This document shows, in pieces, positions 8,736-18,801 of a stretch of 64,000 nt of DNA; position 1 is the first letter of the stretch, and the number at the start of each line of letters is the position of its first letter. The DNA comes from Acidobacteriaceae bacterium (GTDB lineage: Bacteria; Acidobacteriota; Terriglobia; Terriglobales; Acidobacteriaceae), in NCBI GenBank assembly GCA_003139795.1, contig PLGM01000350.1, positions 10,160 through 74,159 on the forward strand. The letters run 5' to 3'. The position numbers and the translations under genes were made by a program. The notes under the pieces were generated by a model. That model searched no databases. It was not told the origin of the DNA and worked only from the letters and a program-made list of their open reading frames with translations.

Positions 8736-10607
8736 CTACTTGTCGCCGGCGGCAGCTTTGTCTGTCTCAACCTCGCGCACGGCCAGATGATCGAACCAGG
8801 TGAATTTGAGAATGGCCGACGTTCCCAGGATGATTCCGAGGGTGATGGCGGCGCGGCGGTATTCCTGGAGGACGATGTAAAGCGGCAAGGCCACCAGGCT
8901 CACCTGCCAGACGATGCCCACCGCAATGTTGAACATATCGCGGAAGAAGTCCTTGTTGCGCTTGAAGCCGGGGTCCTCGGCAAGCACCTTCTTCAGGATC
9001 GGTCCCCAGAAGCCCCACGGCCGCACGCGGCGGTAGAAGTCCTTGAGGACCGCTTCGTCTTCCGGTTTGGTGAGCAGGGTGCCGAGCAGGCAGCCGATCA
9101 ACGAGATCCCCACTACCAGCGGGAAGATAATGACTATGTCCATGTTGATGGAAAAGGTTGCCAGCAGGTGTTTGACGAAGGGAACTTGCGCGACGATCGG
9201 CGGCAACCCCAGCGCGGAAGCTATGCCGATGATCATGCCCCAGAAGTAGCCATAGCCGTTGAAGCGCCACCAGTACCATTTCAAAACATTGGATGCCGTG
9301 TAGCCGCCCCACAATCCGGAGACGATCCATACTACGACCGCGTTCACGGAGGTGACTTTCCAGCCGATGGCCACGCCGATCACGACCACGGCGAATGAGG
9401 CCAGATAGCTGAGGCGGACGTAGGTTTTGGGCGATGCATAGGGATTGATGAAGCGCTTGTAAATGTCGTTAACGAAGTACGGCGGGGCCGCGTTCACTGT
9501 GGCCGCAAAGTTCGACATGAAGGCCGCCAGCAGGCCGGCGATCAAAAATCCCAGCAGGCCAACCGGAACGAAGCGCCCCAGCGCGTAAGGCAGCACCAGC
9601 TCGAAGTCCATGTTGGTTCCCATGGCGCGGAGGTTGGGGCCATAAAAGGCGGCTGCCAGCACCGTGAGTCCGATGACGAGAAAGTAGCGCGGAGGGGTGA
9701 GCACGATGTTGACCCAGGCACTCATCATCGAGGCTTCACGCGGGTCTTTGGCTGAAAGCACGCGCTGCATATCGTAGTTGGGCGCGGGTCCGGCGGCGGA
9801 GATGGGTATGCCCTTGAAGAGCAGCATGATGACGAAGAAGCCGAACAGCCCGTAGCCGTCCTGGGCAATCTTGGTGTTGGCCGCCGGAAGCAGCGTGGAC
9901 CAGTCCAGGTTCAAATGCCAGCCGAAGAAGATGTTGTCCCACCCCGCAGGCACCACCCTGTGCAGCATATCCGGCGCCACCTTGGCCATGGCGATGATGC
10001 CCACGGCAAACGAAGCGATCGACAGGATGAAGAACTGCACGACCTCTGTAATCACGACGCTGATCATGCCGCCCTTGATCACGTAGATGGCTGTAATGCC
10101 GATCAGAATCAGGGCATACTCGTTGGCCGACAGATGCCAGGGCAGGAACGTCTGCGCAAACTTGCCGATGCCCTTGAATGCGTAACTGAAGAAGCCGATG
10201 ATGCTGACGAAGGCGTAGATAACGACAATAAGGTGCGATAACTGCGCGCCGCGGCCGGTGCCGAAGCGGGTCTTGATCCACTCCGCTCCAGTCATTACTT
10301 TGGACCGGCGCAGCCATGCGGACAGGTAGACCATGAGAAATATCTGGTTGAAGGTGGGCCAGAGCCAGGGGATCCACACGCTCTTCAGGCCGTAGACGAA
10401 CATCCAGTAGACCAGCAGCATGGTGCCGCTGATGTCGAACATTCCCGATGCGTTGGAGATGCCGAGCATATACCAGGGCATGGTATTGCCGCCGAGAAAG
10501 TAGTTCTGCATGCTCTGCGAAGCGCGGTGCGAAACCCAGTAGCCGATGACCACCGTGCTGACCAGGTAAGCCACGATGATGGCGATGTCGATTGCGTGAA
10601 GGTGCAT
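8736..10607 (-). CDS. sodium:solute symporter (SSF) family transporter
   Basis: 623 aa and polytopic. The N-terminus IAIIVAYLVSTVVIGYWVSHR...NYFLGGNTMPWYMLGIS is typical of the SSF family. It lies 101 nt downstream of the GH9 gene on the same strand. Confidence 0.85.
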   Translation of the reverse strand: MHLHAIDIAIIVAYLVSTVVIGYWVSHRASQSMQNYFLGGNTMPWYMLGISNASGMFDISGTMLLVYWMFVYGLKSVWIPWLWPTFNQIFLMVYLSAWLRRSKVMTGAEWIKTRFGTGRGAQLSHLIVVIYAFVSIIGFFSYAFKGIGKFAQTFLPWHLSANEYALILIGITAIYVIKGGMISVVITEVVQFFILSIASFAVGIIAMAKVAPDMLHRVVPAGWDNIFFGWHLNLDWSTLLPAANTKIAQDGYGLFGFFVIMLLFKGIPISAAGPAPNYDMQRVLSAKDPREASMMSAWVNIVLTPPRYFLVIGLTVLAAAFYGPNLRAMGTNMDFELVLPYALGRFVPVGLLGFLIAGLLAAFMSNFAATVNAAPPYFVNDIYKRFINPYASPKTYVRLSYLASFAVVVIGVAIGWKVTSVNAVVVWIVSGLWGGYTASNVLKWYWWRFNGYGYFWGMIIGIASALGLPPIVAQVPFVKHLLATFSINMDIVIIFPLVVGISLIGCLLGTLLTKPEDEAVLKDFYRRVRPWGFWGPILKKVLAEDPGFKRNKDFFRDMFNIAVGIVWQVSLVALPLYIVLQEYRRAAITLGIILGTSAILKFTWFDHLAVREVETDKAAAGDK

Positions 10608-10708
10608 TCAATCCCTCGATTCCGGCAGGAAGTGCATGCTTTCCGCGCGCGGCGGAGAGCTGCATGCCTGCTCTTTGGCCGATATGTTCCTAAATCTTTC
10701 GCGGCTCT

Positions 10709-12469
10709 TTAATGCAGTTCTCCGGCCAACAAAAACACCAGCGACGCCTGCCAGTTGATGCAAATCTCATTGCTTGCATAGGAGGCCAACTGATCGGCAT
10801 AGACCTTCGCCGGCGGTAAATCCCTGGGTAACGCTGCCAACACCGCGTCCTGGCGGCCCGCATTGGGCCCTCCGGAAAGCAATCCCGGCCAGGGCGCGCC
10901 CTGCTTTGACCCGCTGGGGCGGTGATGCGGATGCTGGAAGGGATTCTCGCCCACCTGAGTGACCCAGGAGAGCGAAAAGGTGTTGCGCCCCAGCAGATAG
11001 TGCAGATTGTCGCGCGCCGCATCGATGAAACTCGCATCGGGCGAGAACACGTTGGCGATGAGCAGATACATGCCATAGCCCGCTGCGACGCCATTTGAAC
11101 CCCACACATAATCCTTCGCCTGCATGCTGATGCGATAGGGATTGGCGCGCGTGCGCTCGACCACCGCGTGCGCCGCGGCCAGGGTCCGCTGGCGGATGGC
11201 GTCGACGGCTTTGGGGTCAGTTCCCTTTTGATTGGAGAGCGCGTAGGTCCAGAGAGCCATGGGAGCTACCTGGCTCCAGCTCTCCGCCGGCGGCGAGTCG
11301 AGGGTGGGCAGGAACCGGGCGTAGTTCTTGAGGAAGAAGTCGTTGAAAGCCGGTTCGCCGGTGGTGCGGCCGAGCTCGGCTGCGGCCCAGAGGCGTTCGT
11401 CGCTGCAGTTCGAGTCGCCGTACTCGCCGGTCGAAACGCCAGGAGGATTTCTGAATGTGACGTTGGGATTTTTCTCGGTCCAGCCCCAGGCGCGGCGCCC
11501 CGCCTGCAGGGCACGGGCGGCGAAATTCGGGTCAAAGGGCCTGTAGACGCGGGCAGCGATGGCGGCCACGGCGGCCAGATCCGCGGTGGCGCAGGTGCTC
11601 TTGTATGGAGCCGAGCCGGTGCCGATCACCTCGCTGGGGAGGGTGTCGTCCTGGGGCGCCACAAAAGCCGAAAAATGTTCGCTGGTCTGCTTGTGCCAGG
11701 CGCCACCGTCGTCGTCCTGCATTTTGAGCATCCACTCAAGGTTCCAGCGCGCCTCATTCAAAATGTCCGGAGTCCCGTTGCCGGACTCGGGAATCTTGAG
11801 CTGAATGCTCTTGAGCTTCTGGCCGTAGGTCTCCCAGGCCCAGAGCAAGGTTCCCGTGGTGATGCCGGAGTTGACCATGTAGCGGCCGTAGTCGCCGGCG
11901 TCGTGCCAGCCCCCGATGTTGTCGCGCTCACCCTTTGCGCCCGAGGAGGGGTGAAACTCGCCGTGGGTGTGGCAGGCGGGGTGGGAGAAACCGGGAAACT
12001 CCGGGCCCAGTTCGACCGCGGTCCCGCAGCGCTGGCCGTAGAAGCCGCGCATGGCGAGATAGTAGGTGTGCTCGAAGGGGTTCTTGCCCACGGCAAAGTT
12101 CCAACTGCGGCCCACGCCGGGAACCTCGATGTAGTAGGTTCCCGCCTTCTGAAAGCCGGAAAAATCCGCGGCCTGCACCTGGTCGCCGGTGTTTGGGTCA
12201 GCCTGAGCAGGCGCCAGATTGCCGTGAAAGACCAGGGCGCCGTCGCTGGAGCGTTTGATTGCAAAGGATTGAGCCGGGGCGCTGACGAACGCGACCTTGG
12301 GACCGTCGAGCGGATAGCCCACCTGATCGACTTTGATGGCCAGGGTTGGGTTTTCGGCCCCATGGGCCAAAACGAGCGGGCAGATGAAAAGGGCGGCAAG
12401 GTCGGCCAGAAGCAGCAACTCCCGGCTGGGCCGTAGACTCAAAGAGGGCAGGAACAAGGAACTTGCCAT
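10709..12469 (-). CDS. GH9 endo-beta-1,4-glucanase with N-terminal Ig-like domain, exported
   Basis: GH9 signatures GGWHDAGDYGRY and ...YASNEICINWQ. The N-terminal region KVDQVGYPLDGPK resembles CelD_N. I prefer ATG 12469 (MASSLFLP...) over the TTG at 12511. Confidence 0.85.
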   Translation of the reverse strand: MASSLFLPSLSLRPSRELLLLADLAALFICPLVLAHGAENPTLAIKVDQVGYPLDGPKVAFVSAPAQSFAIKRSSDGALVFHGNLAPAQADPNTGDQVQAADFSGFQKAGTYYIEVPGVGRSWNFAVGKNPFEHTYYLAMRGFYGQRCGTAVELGPEFPGFSHPACHTHGEFHPSSGAKGERDNIGGWHDAGDYGRYMVNSGITTGTLLWAWETYGQKLKSIQLKIPESGNGTPDILNEARWNLEWMLKMQDDDGGAWHKQTSEHFSAFVAPQDDTLPSEVIGTGSAPYKSTCATADLAAVAAIAARVYRPFDPNFAARALQAGRRAWGWTEKNPNVTFRNPPGVSTGEYGDSNCSDERLWAAAELGRTTGEPAFNDFFLKNYARFLPTLDSPPAESWSQVAPMALWTYALSNQKGTDPKAVDAIRQRTLAAAHAVVERTRANPYRISMQAKDYVWGSNGVAAGYGMYLLIANVFSPDASFIDAARDNLHYLLGRNTFSLSWVTQVGENPFQHPHHRPSGSKQGAPWPGLLSGGPNAGRQDAVLAALPRDLPPAKVYADQLASYASNEICINWQASLVFLLAGELH

Positions 12470-12680
12470 GTCTGCTGTTTCGCCTCGCGCAAGCGCCCAG
12501 GATAAGTGCAAAAACGGGCAAGTGTCTCACATTTGCCTGAAATCTGGCAACGATGCGGGACACATTTCGGGACACACCTCGGGATTGCCCGATTTCGCTT
12601 GCGCAGATACTTTTTCACACTCGCGCGGCAATGCGCAAATGGAATCTTCGTTTTTGAAAGGTCCGCGAAGGGTTCTACAA

Positions 12681-12688
12681 AAACGTTT
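12681..12688. promoter_or_regulatory. AAACGTTT palindrome (LacI-type operator core) upstream of the GH94 gene
   Basis: Perfect 8-bp palindrome 60 nt upstream of ATG 12748, in the divergent GH9/GH94 intergenic region. No LacI-family gene is present in the window. Confidence 0.25.
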
Positions 12689-12747
12689 GATTAGATTTTG
12701 GGCGGGGACTATACTGGCGGCGGTCTTCAATCGAGGGAGCACGCGTC

Positions 12748-15258
12748 ATGAAGTTCGGATATTTTGACGATCGCAATCGCGAGTACGTGATCACGCAACC
12801 GGACACCCCGTTGCCGTGGATCAATTACCTGGGCTGCCAGGCATATTTCGGAATCATTTCCAATACTGCGGGGGGTTACTCGTTCTATCGCGACGCGCGG
12901 CTGCGGCGGCTGACCCGCTACCGGTACAACAACGTGCCGCTGGATTTGGGCGGGAGGTATGTTTACCTGCGCGACGACGAATCGAAGGAGTTCTGGTCGC
13001 CATCGTGGCAACCGACGCGGCACGACCTGAAGGATTACACCTGCCGCCACGGGATGGGCTACACGGTGATCGGGTCCACGTACAGCGGGATCGAGGCGCA
13101 CACGCGGTACTTTGTACCGCTGGACGACAACCTGGAAATCTGGCAGGTGACGGTGACGAACCGGCGAACGACCAGGGCAACGCTGTCCGGGTTCGCGAGC
13201 ATCGAATTTTGCCTGTGGGATGCGCAGGACGACGCCACCAACTTCCAGCGCAACTTCAATACGGGCCAGGTGGAGGTGGAAGACGGCGTCATCTATCACA
13301 AGACGGAGTACCGGGAGCGGCGCAATCATTTCGCCTACTTTGCCAGTTCGCAGCCGGGCGGGTTTGACACGCAACGGGAAGCGTTTCTGGGCCGGTACCG
13401 CGGCTGGGACAAGCCGGCAACCGTGGAAGCCGGTGAACTGACCAACTCGATTGCGCATGGGTGGTCGCCGGTGGGGGCGCACCAAGTAAAGCTGGAACTG
13501 GAACCGGGTGAGACGCGGCAGGTGGTGTTTGTGCTGGGCTACCACGAGAATCCGGTGGACCAGAAGTTCGATCCGGCGGGCTCCCAGACGATCAACAAGA
13601 GGCGGGTGAAGCCGGTGATCGCGAAGTACCTGGACAGCAAGGAGGCCGATGCGGCCTTCGAGCGGCTGCGCGAGTATTGGGACGGCCTGCTGGGCATCTT
13701 CCAGGTCGATACGCCGGACATTCACACCAACCGGATGGTGAATATCTGGAACGCGTATCAGTGCATGGCGACGTTCAACATGTCGCGGTCGGCGTCGTTC
13801 TATGAATCGGGAATCGGGCGGGGGTTGGGGTTCCGCGACTCGAACCAGGATTTGCTGGGATTTGTGCACATGGTGCCTTCGCGGGCGCGGGAGCGGATTC
13901 TGGACCTGGCGGCGACGCAACTGCCAACCGGCGGGGCGTACCACCAGTATCAGCCGCTGACCAAGCGGGGCAACAACGACATTGGCGGCGGATTCAACGA
14001 CGATCCGCTCTGGCTGATCGTGGGCGTGTCGGCGTATCTGAAGGAGGCGGGCGACTGGAGCATTCTCGACGAGCCGGTCCAGTATGACAACGAGCCCGGC
14101 TCGGAGCAGCCGCTCTATGAACACTTGCAGCGAAGCTTCCGCTACACGCTGGCCCGGCTTGGACCGCACGGGTTGCCGCTGATCGGCCGCGCGGACTGGA
14201 ACGACTGCCTGAACCTGAACTGCTTCTCGGACACGCCGGGGCAGAGCTTCCAAACGACGACCAGCAAGGACGGCAAGGTGGCCGAGTCAGTGTTCATTGC
14301 CGGGCTGTTTGTGTATGCCGGGCGGGAACTGGCGGCGATTGCGAAGCACCGCGGGCTGGACGGCGAGGCTGGCGCCTATTTGGCTGAGGCGGCCAAGATG
14401 GAAGAGGTCGTCCGGCAGCATGGGTGGGACGGGGAGTGGTTTCTGCGCGCCTACGACGACTTCGGCGCCAAGATCGGCTCGAAGGAGTGCGAGGAAGGCA
14501 AGATCTTCATCGAGTCCAACGGCTTTTGCGTGCTGGCGGGGATTGGGCTGGAGGACGGCAACGCTGAAAAGGCGATGGATGCGACGCGCAAGCACCTGGC
14601 CACCAGGCATGGCATCGTGCTGCAGCAGCCGGCGTATTCAAAGTACTACCTGCAACTGGGCGAGATTTCGTCGTATCCGCCGGGGTACAAGGAGAATGCG
14701 GGAGTCTTCTGCCACGTGAATCCGTGGGTGATGATCGGGGAGACGCGGCTGGGGCGGGGCGACGCGGCGCACGACTACTACAGCCGCATCAACCCATCGG
14801 CGCGCGAAGAGATCAGCGATCTGCACCGCTGCGAGCCGTATGTTTACGCGCAGATGATTGCGGGCAAGGATGCGCCCACATTCGGCGAGGCCAAGAACTC
14901 GTGGCTCACAGGGACGGCGGCGTGGAACTATTACGCCATTGTGCAGTGGATTCTGGGCGTGCGGACTTCGCTCGACGGCTTGGAGATAGCGCCGGTCATT
15001 CCGAAGAGCTGGCCGGGATTCACGGCGACCCGCATCTTCCGCGGGGTGGTGTACAAGATCTCCATCGAGCGGAAGGGCGAGGGGAATACTATTGCCCTTA
15101 TGGTGGACGGCGAGCCGATCGAGGGGAATGTTGTGCCTGCGCCGGCGGATGGGCGGAAGGAAGTTTTGGTGAGGGGTATTCTGGGCGAAGGATCTGGGGA
15201 GCCGACCGCCGCGCCCCTGCTTTCGAATGAGGAGGTGCAATTTGTACCTGGCAAGTGA
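12748..15258 (+). CDS. GH94 cellobiose phosphorylase (cellobiose/chitobiose phosphorylase family)
   Basis: 836 aa. The N-terminus MKFGYFDDRNREYVITQPDTPLPWINYLG closely resembles characterised cellobiose phosphorylases. RBS GAGGGAG. Confidence 0.9.
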   Translation: MKFGYFDDRNREYVITQPDTPLPWINYLGCQAYFGIISNTAGGYSFYRDARLRRLTRYRYNNVPLDLGGRYVYLRDDESKEFWSPSWQPTRHDLKDYTCRHGMGYTVIGSTYSGIEAHTRYFVPLDDNLEIWQVTVTNRRTTRATLSGFASIEFCLWDAQDDATNFQRNFNTGQVEVEDGVIYHKTEYRERRNHFAYFASSQPGGFDTQREAFLGRYRGWDKPATVEAGELTNSIAHGWSPVGAHQVKLELEPGETRQVVFVLGYHENPVDQKFDPAGSQTINKRRVKPVIAKYLDSKEADAAFERLREYWDGLLGIFQVDTPDIHTNRMVNIWNAYQCMATFNMSRSASFYESGIGRGLGFRDSNQDLLGFVHMVPSRARERILDLAATQLPTGGAYHQYQPLTKRGNNDIGGGFNDDPLWLIVGVSAYLKEAGDWSILDEPVQYDNEPGSEQPLYEHLQRSFRYTLARLGPHGLPLIGRADWNDCLNLNCFSDTPGQSFQTTTSKDGKVAESVFIAGLFVYAGRELAAIAKHRGLDGEAGAYLAEAAKMEEVVRQHGWDGEWFLRAYDDFGAKIGSKECEEGKIFIESNGFCVLAGIGLEDGNAEKAMDATRKHLATRHGIVLQQPAYSKYYLQLGEISSYPPGYKENAGVFCHVNPWVMIGETRLGRGDAAHDYYSRINPSAREEISDLHRCEPYVYAQMIAGKDAPTFGEAKNSWLTGTAAWNYYAIVQWILGVRTSLDGLEIAPVIPKSWPGFTATRIFRGVVYKISIERKGEGNTIALMVDGEPIEGNVVPAPADGRKEVLVRGILGEGSGEPTAAPLLSNEEVQFVPGK

Positions 15259-15274
15259 ACAGCGCTACGACACA

Positions 15275-16237
15275 ATGCAGTACCGCCGCTCAGGCAAGAG
15301 CGGCGTGCGGCTGCCGGCCATCTCCCTCGGACTGTGGCACAACTTCGGAGGGGTGGATGTTTTTGAGAATAGCCGGGCGATGGTGCGGCGGGCATTCGAT
15401 CTGGGCATTACGCACTTCGACCTGGCCAACAATTATGGGCCGCCGCCGGGAAGCGCGGAGAGCAACTTCGGGGAGATTCTGCGGCTCGACCTGGCGCCGC
15501 ATCGCGACGAGTTGATCATCAGCTCGAAGGCCGGATGGGATATGTGGCCGGGGCCGTACGGGAACTGGGGATCGAGGAAGTATCTGCTGGCCAGCCTGGA
15601 TCAGAGTCTGAAGCGAATGGGCCTGGAGTATGTGGACATCTTCTACTCGCATCGGCCCGATCCGGAGACGCCGGTCGAGGAGACGATGGGGGCTCTGGAT
15701 CAGGCGGTTCGCTCAGGGAAGGCGCTCTATGCCGGCATCTCCAGCTACGACGCCAAACAGACCGCCGCGGCAGCGAAGATTCTGCGTGAGCTGGGCACGC
15801 CGTGCCTGATTCATCAGCCGAAGTACTCGATGTTCGAGCGTTGGGTTGAGGATGGACTGCTGGATGTGCTGGGCGAAGAGGGCATCGGCGGCATCGCCTT
15901 CTGCCCGCTGGCGCAGGGATTGCTGACCGACCGCTATTTGCAGGGGATTCCCGCGGACTCGCGGGCGAGCAAGCCGCACGGATTCCTGAAGAAGAGCGAC
16001 ATCGATGAGCACCGGCTGGGGCAGGTGCGCGCCCTGGACGGATTGGCCGGCGAGCGGGGGCAGTCGCTGGCGCAGATGGCGCTGGCGTGGGTGCTGCGCG
16101 AGGGGCGCATGACTTCGGCGCTGATTGGAGCCAGCCGGGTGGAGCAGATTGAACAGAACGTGGCGGCGCTCGGGAATCTTGCCTTCTCCGCAGACGAGCT
16201 GGCGAAGATCGACGCGGCGCTGGGGCAGCCTGCCTGA
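15275..16237 (+). CDS. aldo/keto reductase (YghZ / L-glyceraldehyde-3-phosphate reductase-like)
   Basis: MQYRRSGKSGVRLPAISLGLWHNFGG... and ITHFDLANNYG are AKR landmarks. The gene starts 17 nt after the GH94 stop. Confidence 0.85.
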   Translation: MQYRRSGKSGVRLPAISLGLWHNFGGVDVFENSRAMVRRAFDLGITHFDLANNYGPPPGSAESNFGEILRLDLAPHRDELIISSKAGWDMWPGPYGNWGSRKYLLASLDQSLKRMGLEYVDIFYSHRPDPETPVEETMGALDQAVRSGKALYAGISSYDAKQTAAAAKILRELGTPCLIHQPKYSMFERWVEDGLLDVLGEEGIGGIAFCPLAQGLLTDRYLQGIPADSRASKPHGFLKKSDIDEHRLGQVRALDGLAGERGQSLAQMALAWVLREGRMTSALIGASRVEQIEQNVAALGNLAFSADELAKIDAALGQPA

Positions 16238-16258
16238 CCTGGATGCAGCAGGGTTGGA

Positions 16259-17506
16259 ATGGCGCTGCGAACGGCACGCTTGGAGGCGCTGGCGATGCAG
16301 GACTTACGGCAGGGGGTGGAGGCGGAGTTGCGCTCCGATATTCTGCCCTTCTGGCTCAAGTACACCATCGACGACGAGTACGGCGGGTTTCGCGGGCAGA
16401 TTGCGAACGACCTGACCGTCGATCCACACGCCGCCAAGGGATTGATTTTGAACGCGCGCATTCTGTGGACGTTCTCAAAGGCCTATGGCGTCTATCGGGA
16501 CCCGCTCAATCTCGGCGCCGCCCGGCGCGCGTATGAATACCTGTCGCGTTTCTTCTGGGACCAGGAGTTTGGCGGGGTGTACTGGATGGTCGATTACCAG
16601 GGCCGCCCGATGGACACGAAGAAGCGCATCTATGGGCAGGCGTTTACCGTGTACGCGCTGGCGGAGTATTCCCATGCCAGCGGCGACAGCGAAGCGATGG
16701 CCAGGGCCATGCGTCTGGTGGAACAGATTGAATCCTCGAGCCACGATGAGGCGCACGGCGGCTACTTTGAGACCTATGAGCGGGACTGGACGCTGGCCGC
16801 GGACCAGCGCCTGAGCGATGTGGACCTGGACGAGAAGAAGTCCATGAACACGCACCTGCACCTGCTGGAGGCCTACGCCACGCTGCTGCGTCACCACGAG
16901 GACCCGACGGTCCGCTTCCGGCTGCGGCAACTGATCGAAATCTTTCTCCGCTTCATCATCGATCCCACCAACCACCACTTCATTCTGTTCTTCGACGAGG
17001 AGTGGCGGCCGCGATCGGAGAAGATCTCGTTTGGGCACGACATTGAGGGCAGTTGGCTGCTGTGCGAAGCAGCGGAGGTTCTTGGCGACACGGACGTTCT
17101 GGAGCGCGTGCGGGCTGTGGCGGTGAAGATGGCGCAGGCGGTCTGCGAGCAGGGGATCGATGCCGATGGAGGACTGATGTACGAGGCTGGACCGGCGGGG
17201 GTTCTCGATACCGACAGGCATTGGTGGCCGCAGGCGGAGGCGGTGGTCGGCTTCCTGAACGCTTACCAGCTTTCGGGGCGGCGGCACTTTCTGGATGCGG
17301 CCGAGCGGAGCTGGGCGTTCATCGAAAAATACATTGTCGATCGCAAGCATGGCGAATGGTTCTGGCTGGTATCGCAGGCGGGCGTGCCGGACGCGGCACA
17401 GGATAAAGTGGGGCCGTGGAAGTGCCCTTACCACAACAGCCGCACGTGCTTTGAAGTGATGGAGCGGCTGGACGGCCTTGGCCGCCGAGGCGCGGACCAG
17501 GCATAG
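16259..17506 (+). CDS. N-acylglucosamine 2-epimerase superfamily protein, cellobiose 2-epimerase-like
   Basis: 415 aa. [17 protein letters not shown] and later WWPQAEA..., KCPYHNSR are typical of AGE/cellobiose 2-epimerase (alpha/alpha)6 enzymes. It sits directly before the GH130 gene. The start could be 16295. Confidence 0.8.
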   Translation: MALRTARLEALAMQDLRQGVEAELRSDILPFWLKYTIDDEYGGFRGQIANDLTVDPHAAKGLILNARILWTFSKAYGVYRDPLNLGAARRAYEYLSRFFWDQEFGGVYWMVDYQGRPMDTKKRIYGQAFTVYALAEYSHASGDSEAMARAMRLVEQIESSSHDEAHGGYFETYERDWTLAADQRLSDVDLDEKKSMNTHLHLLEAYATLLRHHEDPTVRFRLRQLIEIFLRFIIDPTNHHFILFFDEEWRPRSEKISFGHDIEGSWLLCEAAEVLGDTDVLERVRAVAVKMAQAVCEQGIDADGGLMYEAGPAGVLDTDRHWWPQAEAVVGFLNAYQLSGRRHFLDAAERSWAFIEKYIVDRKHGEWFWLVSQAGVPDAAQDKVGPWKCPYHNSRTCFEVMERLDGLGRRGADQA

Positions 17507-17525
17507 AAAGACCGGAGAGAGCAGG

Positions 17526-18770
17526 ATGAATCAGGCAGCCTTCAGGAAGAGCGTTCAGGAGTTATTCAAGCAGCAGGAGAAGCTGCTGGCGCGGCGCAAT
17601 CGCAAATCGCCCGGCGGCAATGGGGTCTTTGACCGCTACGAGTTTCCGGTGCTGACCGCCGCGCACGCGCCGATCACCTGGCGCTACGACCTGGACCGGA
17701 AGACGAATCCCTTGCTGCTCGAGCGCATGGGGGTGAACGCCACGTTCAACGCGGGCGCGCTGCTCGACGAGGGGAAGTTCCTGGTGGTGGCGCGCGTGGA
17801 AGGCGCAGACCGCAAATCGTTCTTTGCCGTCGCCGAGAGCCCGAATGGCGTGGATAACTTTCGCTTTTGGGAGTATCCGATCCTGATGCCGGAGACCGGC
17901 GACCCGGATACCAATGTATACGATATGCGGGTGGTCAAGCACGAAGACGGCTGGATCTACGGGCTGTTCTGCACAGAGCGGAAGGACCCGAAGACGCCGG
18001 AGTGGGACACATCGTCTGCCGTGGCTCAATGCGGCATTGCGCGGACCAGGGACCTGAAGACGTGGGAGCGGCTCAAGGACCTGAAATCGAAGTCTCCGCA
18101 GCAGCGGAATGTGGTGCTGCATCCGAAGTTTGTGGATGGGAAGTACGCCTTCTATACGCGGCCGCAGGACGATTTTATCCAGGCCGGCAAGGGCGGCGGG
18201 ATCGGGTGGGGACTGGCGCCGAGCATCGAGAATGCGGTGATCGACGAGGAGATCATCGTCGACAACCGCGAGTACCACACCATTCAGGAGGTGAAGAACG
18301 GCCTGGGGCCGGCGCCAATCAAGACGCCGAAGGGCTGGCTGCACCTGGCGCACGGGGTGCGCAACACCGCTGCCGGGCTGCGCTACGTGCTGTATTTGTT
18401 CCTGGCCGAGCTGGAACGGCCATGGGTTATAACCCACAAGCCAGCGGGGTATTTCATCGCGCCTGAAGGCTGGGAGCGGGTGGGCGATGTTTCAAACGTC
18501 GTCTTCAGCAATGGCTGGATTGAACGCAAGAATGGCGAAGTCTTCATCTACTATGCGTCGTCGGACACGCGTCTGCACGTGGCTGCGAGCAGCGTCGAGC
18601 GGCTGCTGGATTACGTGCTGCATACGCCCGCGGATCCGCTGCGCAGCCGCGCCTGCGTGGAGCAGCGATGCGCTCTGATCGAGAAGAATCTGGCCGTGCT
18701 GCGCGCGCTGAGGCTGCCCGGCACCAAGCGCGCGAGCAAAAAGGCAGCCGGAACGGCGAAGAAGCGGTAG
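17526..18770 (+). CDS. GH130 4-O-beta-D-mannosyl-D-glucose phosphorylase-like
   Basis: Strong resemblance to characterised mannosylglucose phosphorylases: [80 protein letters not shown]. Confidence 0.9.
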   Translation: MNQAAFRKSVQELFKQQEKLLARRNRKSPGGNGVFDRYEFPVLTAAHAPITWRYDLDRKTNPLLLERMGVNATFNAGALLDEGKFLVVARVEGADRKSFFAVAESPNGVDNFRFWEYPILMPETGDPDTNVYDMRVVKHEDGWIYGLFCTERKDPKTPEWDTSSAVAQCGIARTRDLKTWERLKDLKSKSPQQRNVVLHPKFVDGKYAFYTRPQDDFIQAGKGGGIGWGLAPSIENAVIDEEIIVDNREYHTIQEVKNGLGPAPIKTPKGWLHLAHGVRNTAAGLRYVLYLFLAELERPWVITHKPAGYFIAPEGWERVGDVSNVVFSNGWIERKNGEVFIYYASSDTRLHVAASSVERLLDYVLHTPADPLRSRACVEQRCALIEKNLAVLRALRLPGTKRASKKAAGTAKKR

Positions 18771-18801
18771 AGCCCATCGATTGGGCCTGAATGCTTCGGC
18801 G

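Noticed and set aside
12727-14253. 508-aa ORF antisense to the GH94 gene
   Set aside because: Arg/Pro/Val-rich shadow ORF typical of the opposite strand of high-GC genes. The sense strand encodes a well-recognised cellobiose phosphorylase.
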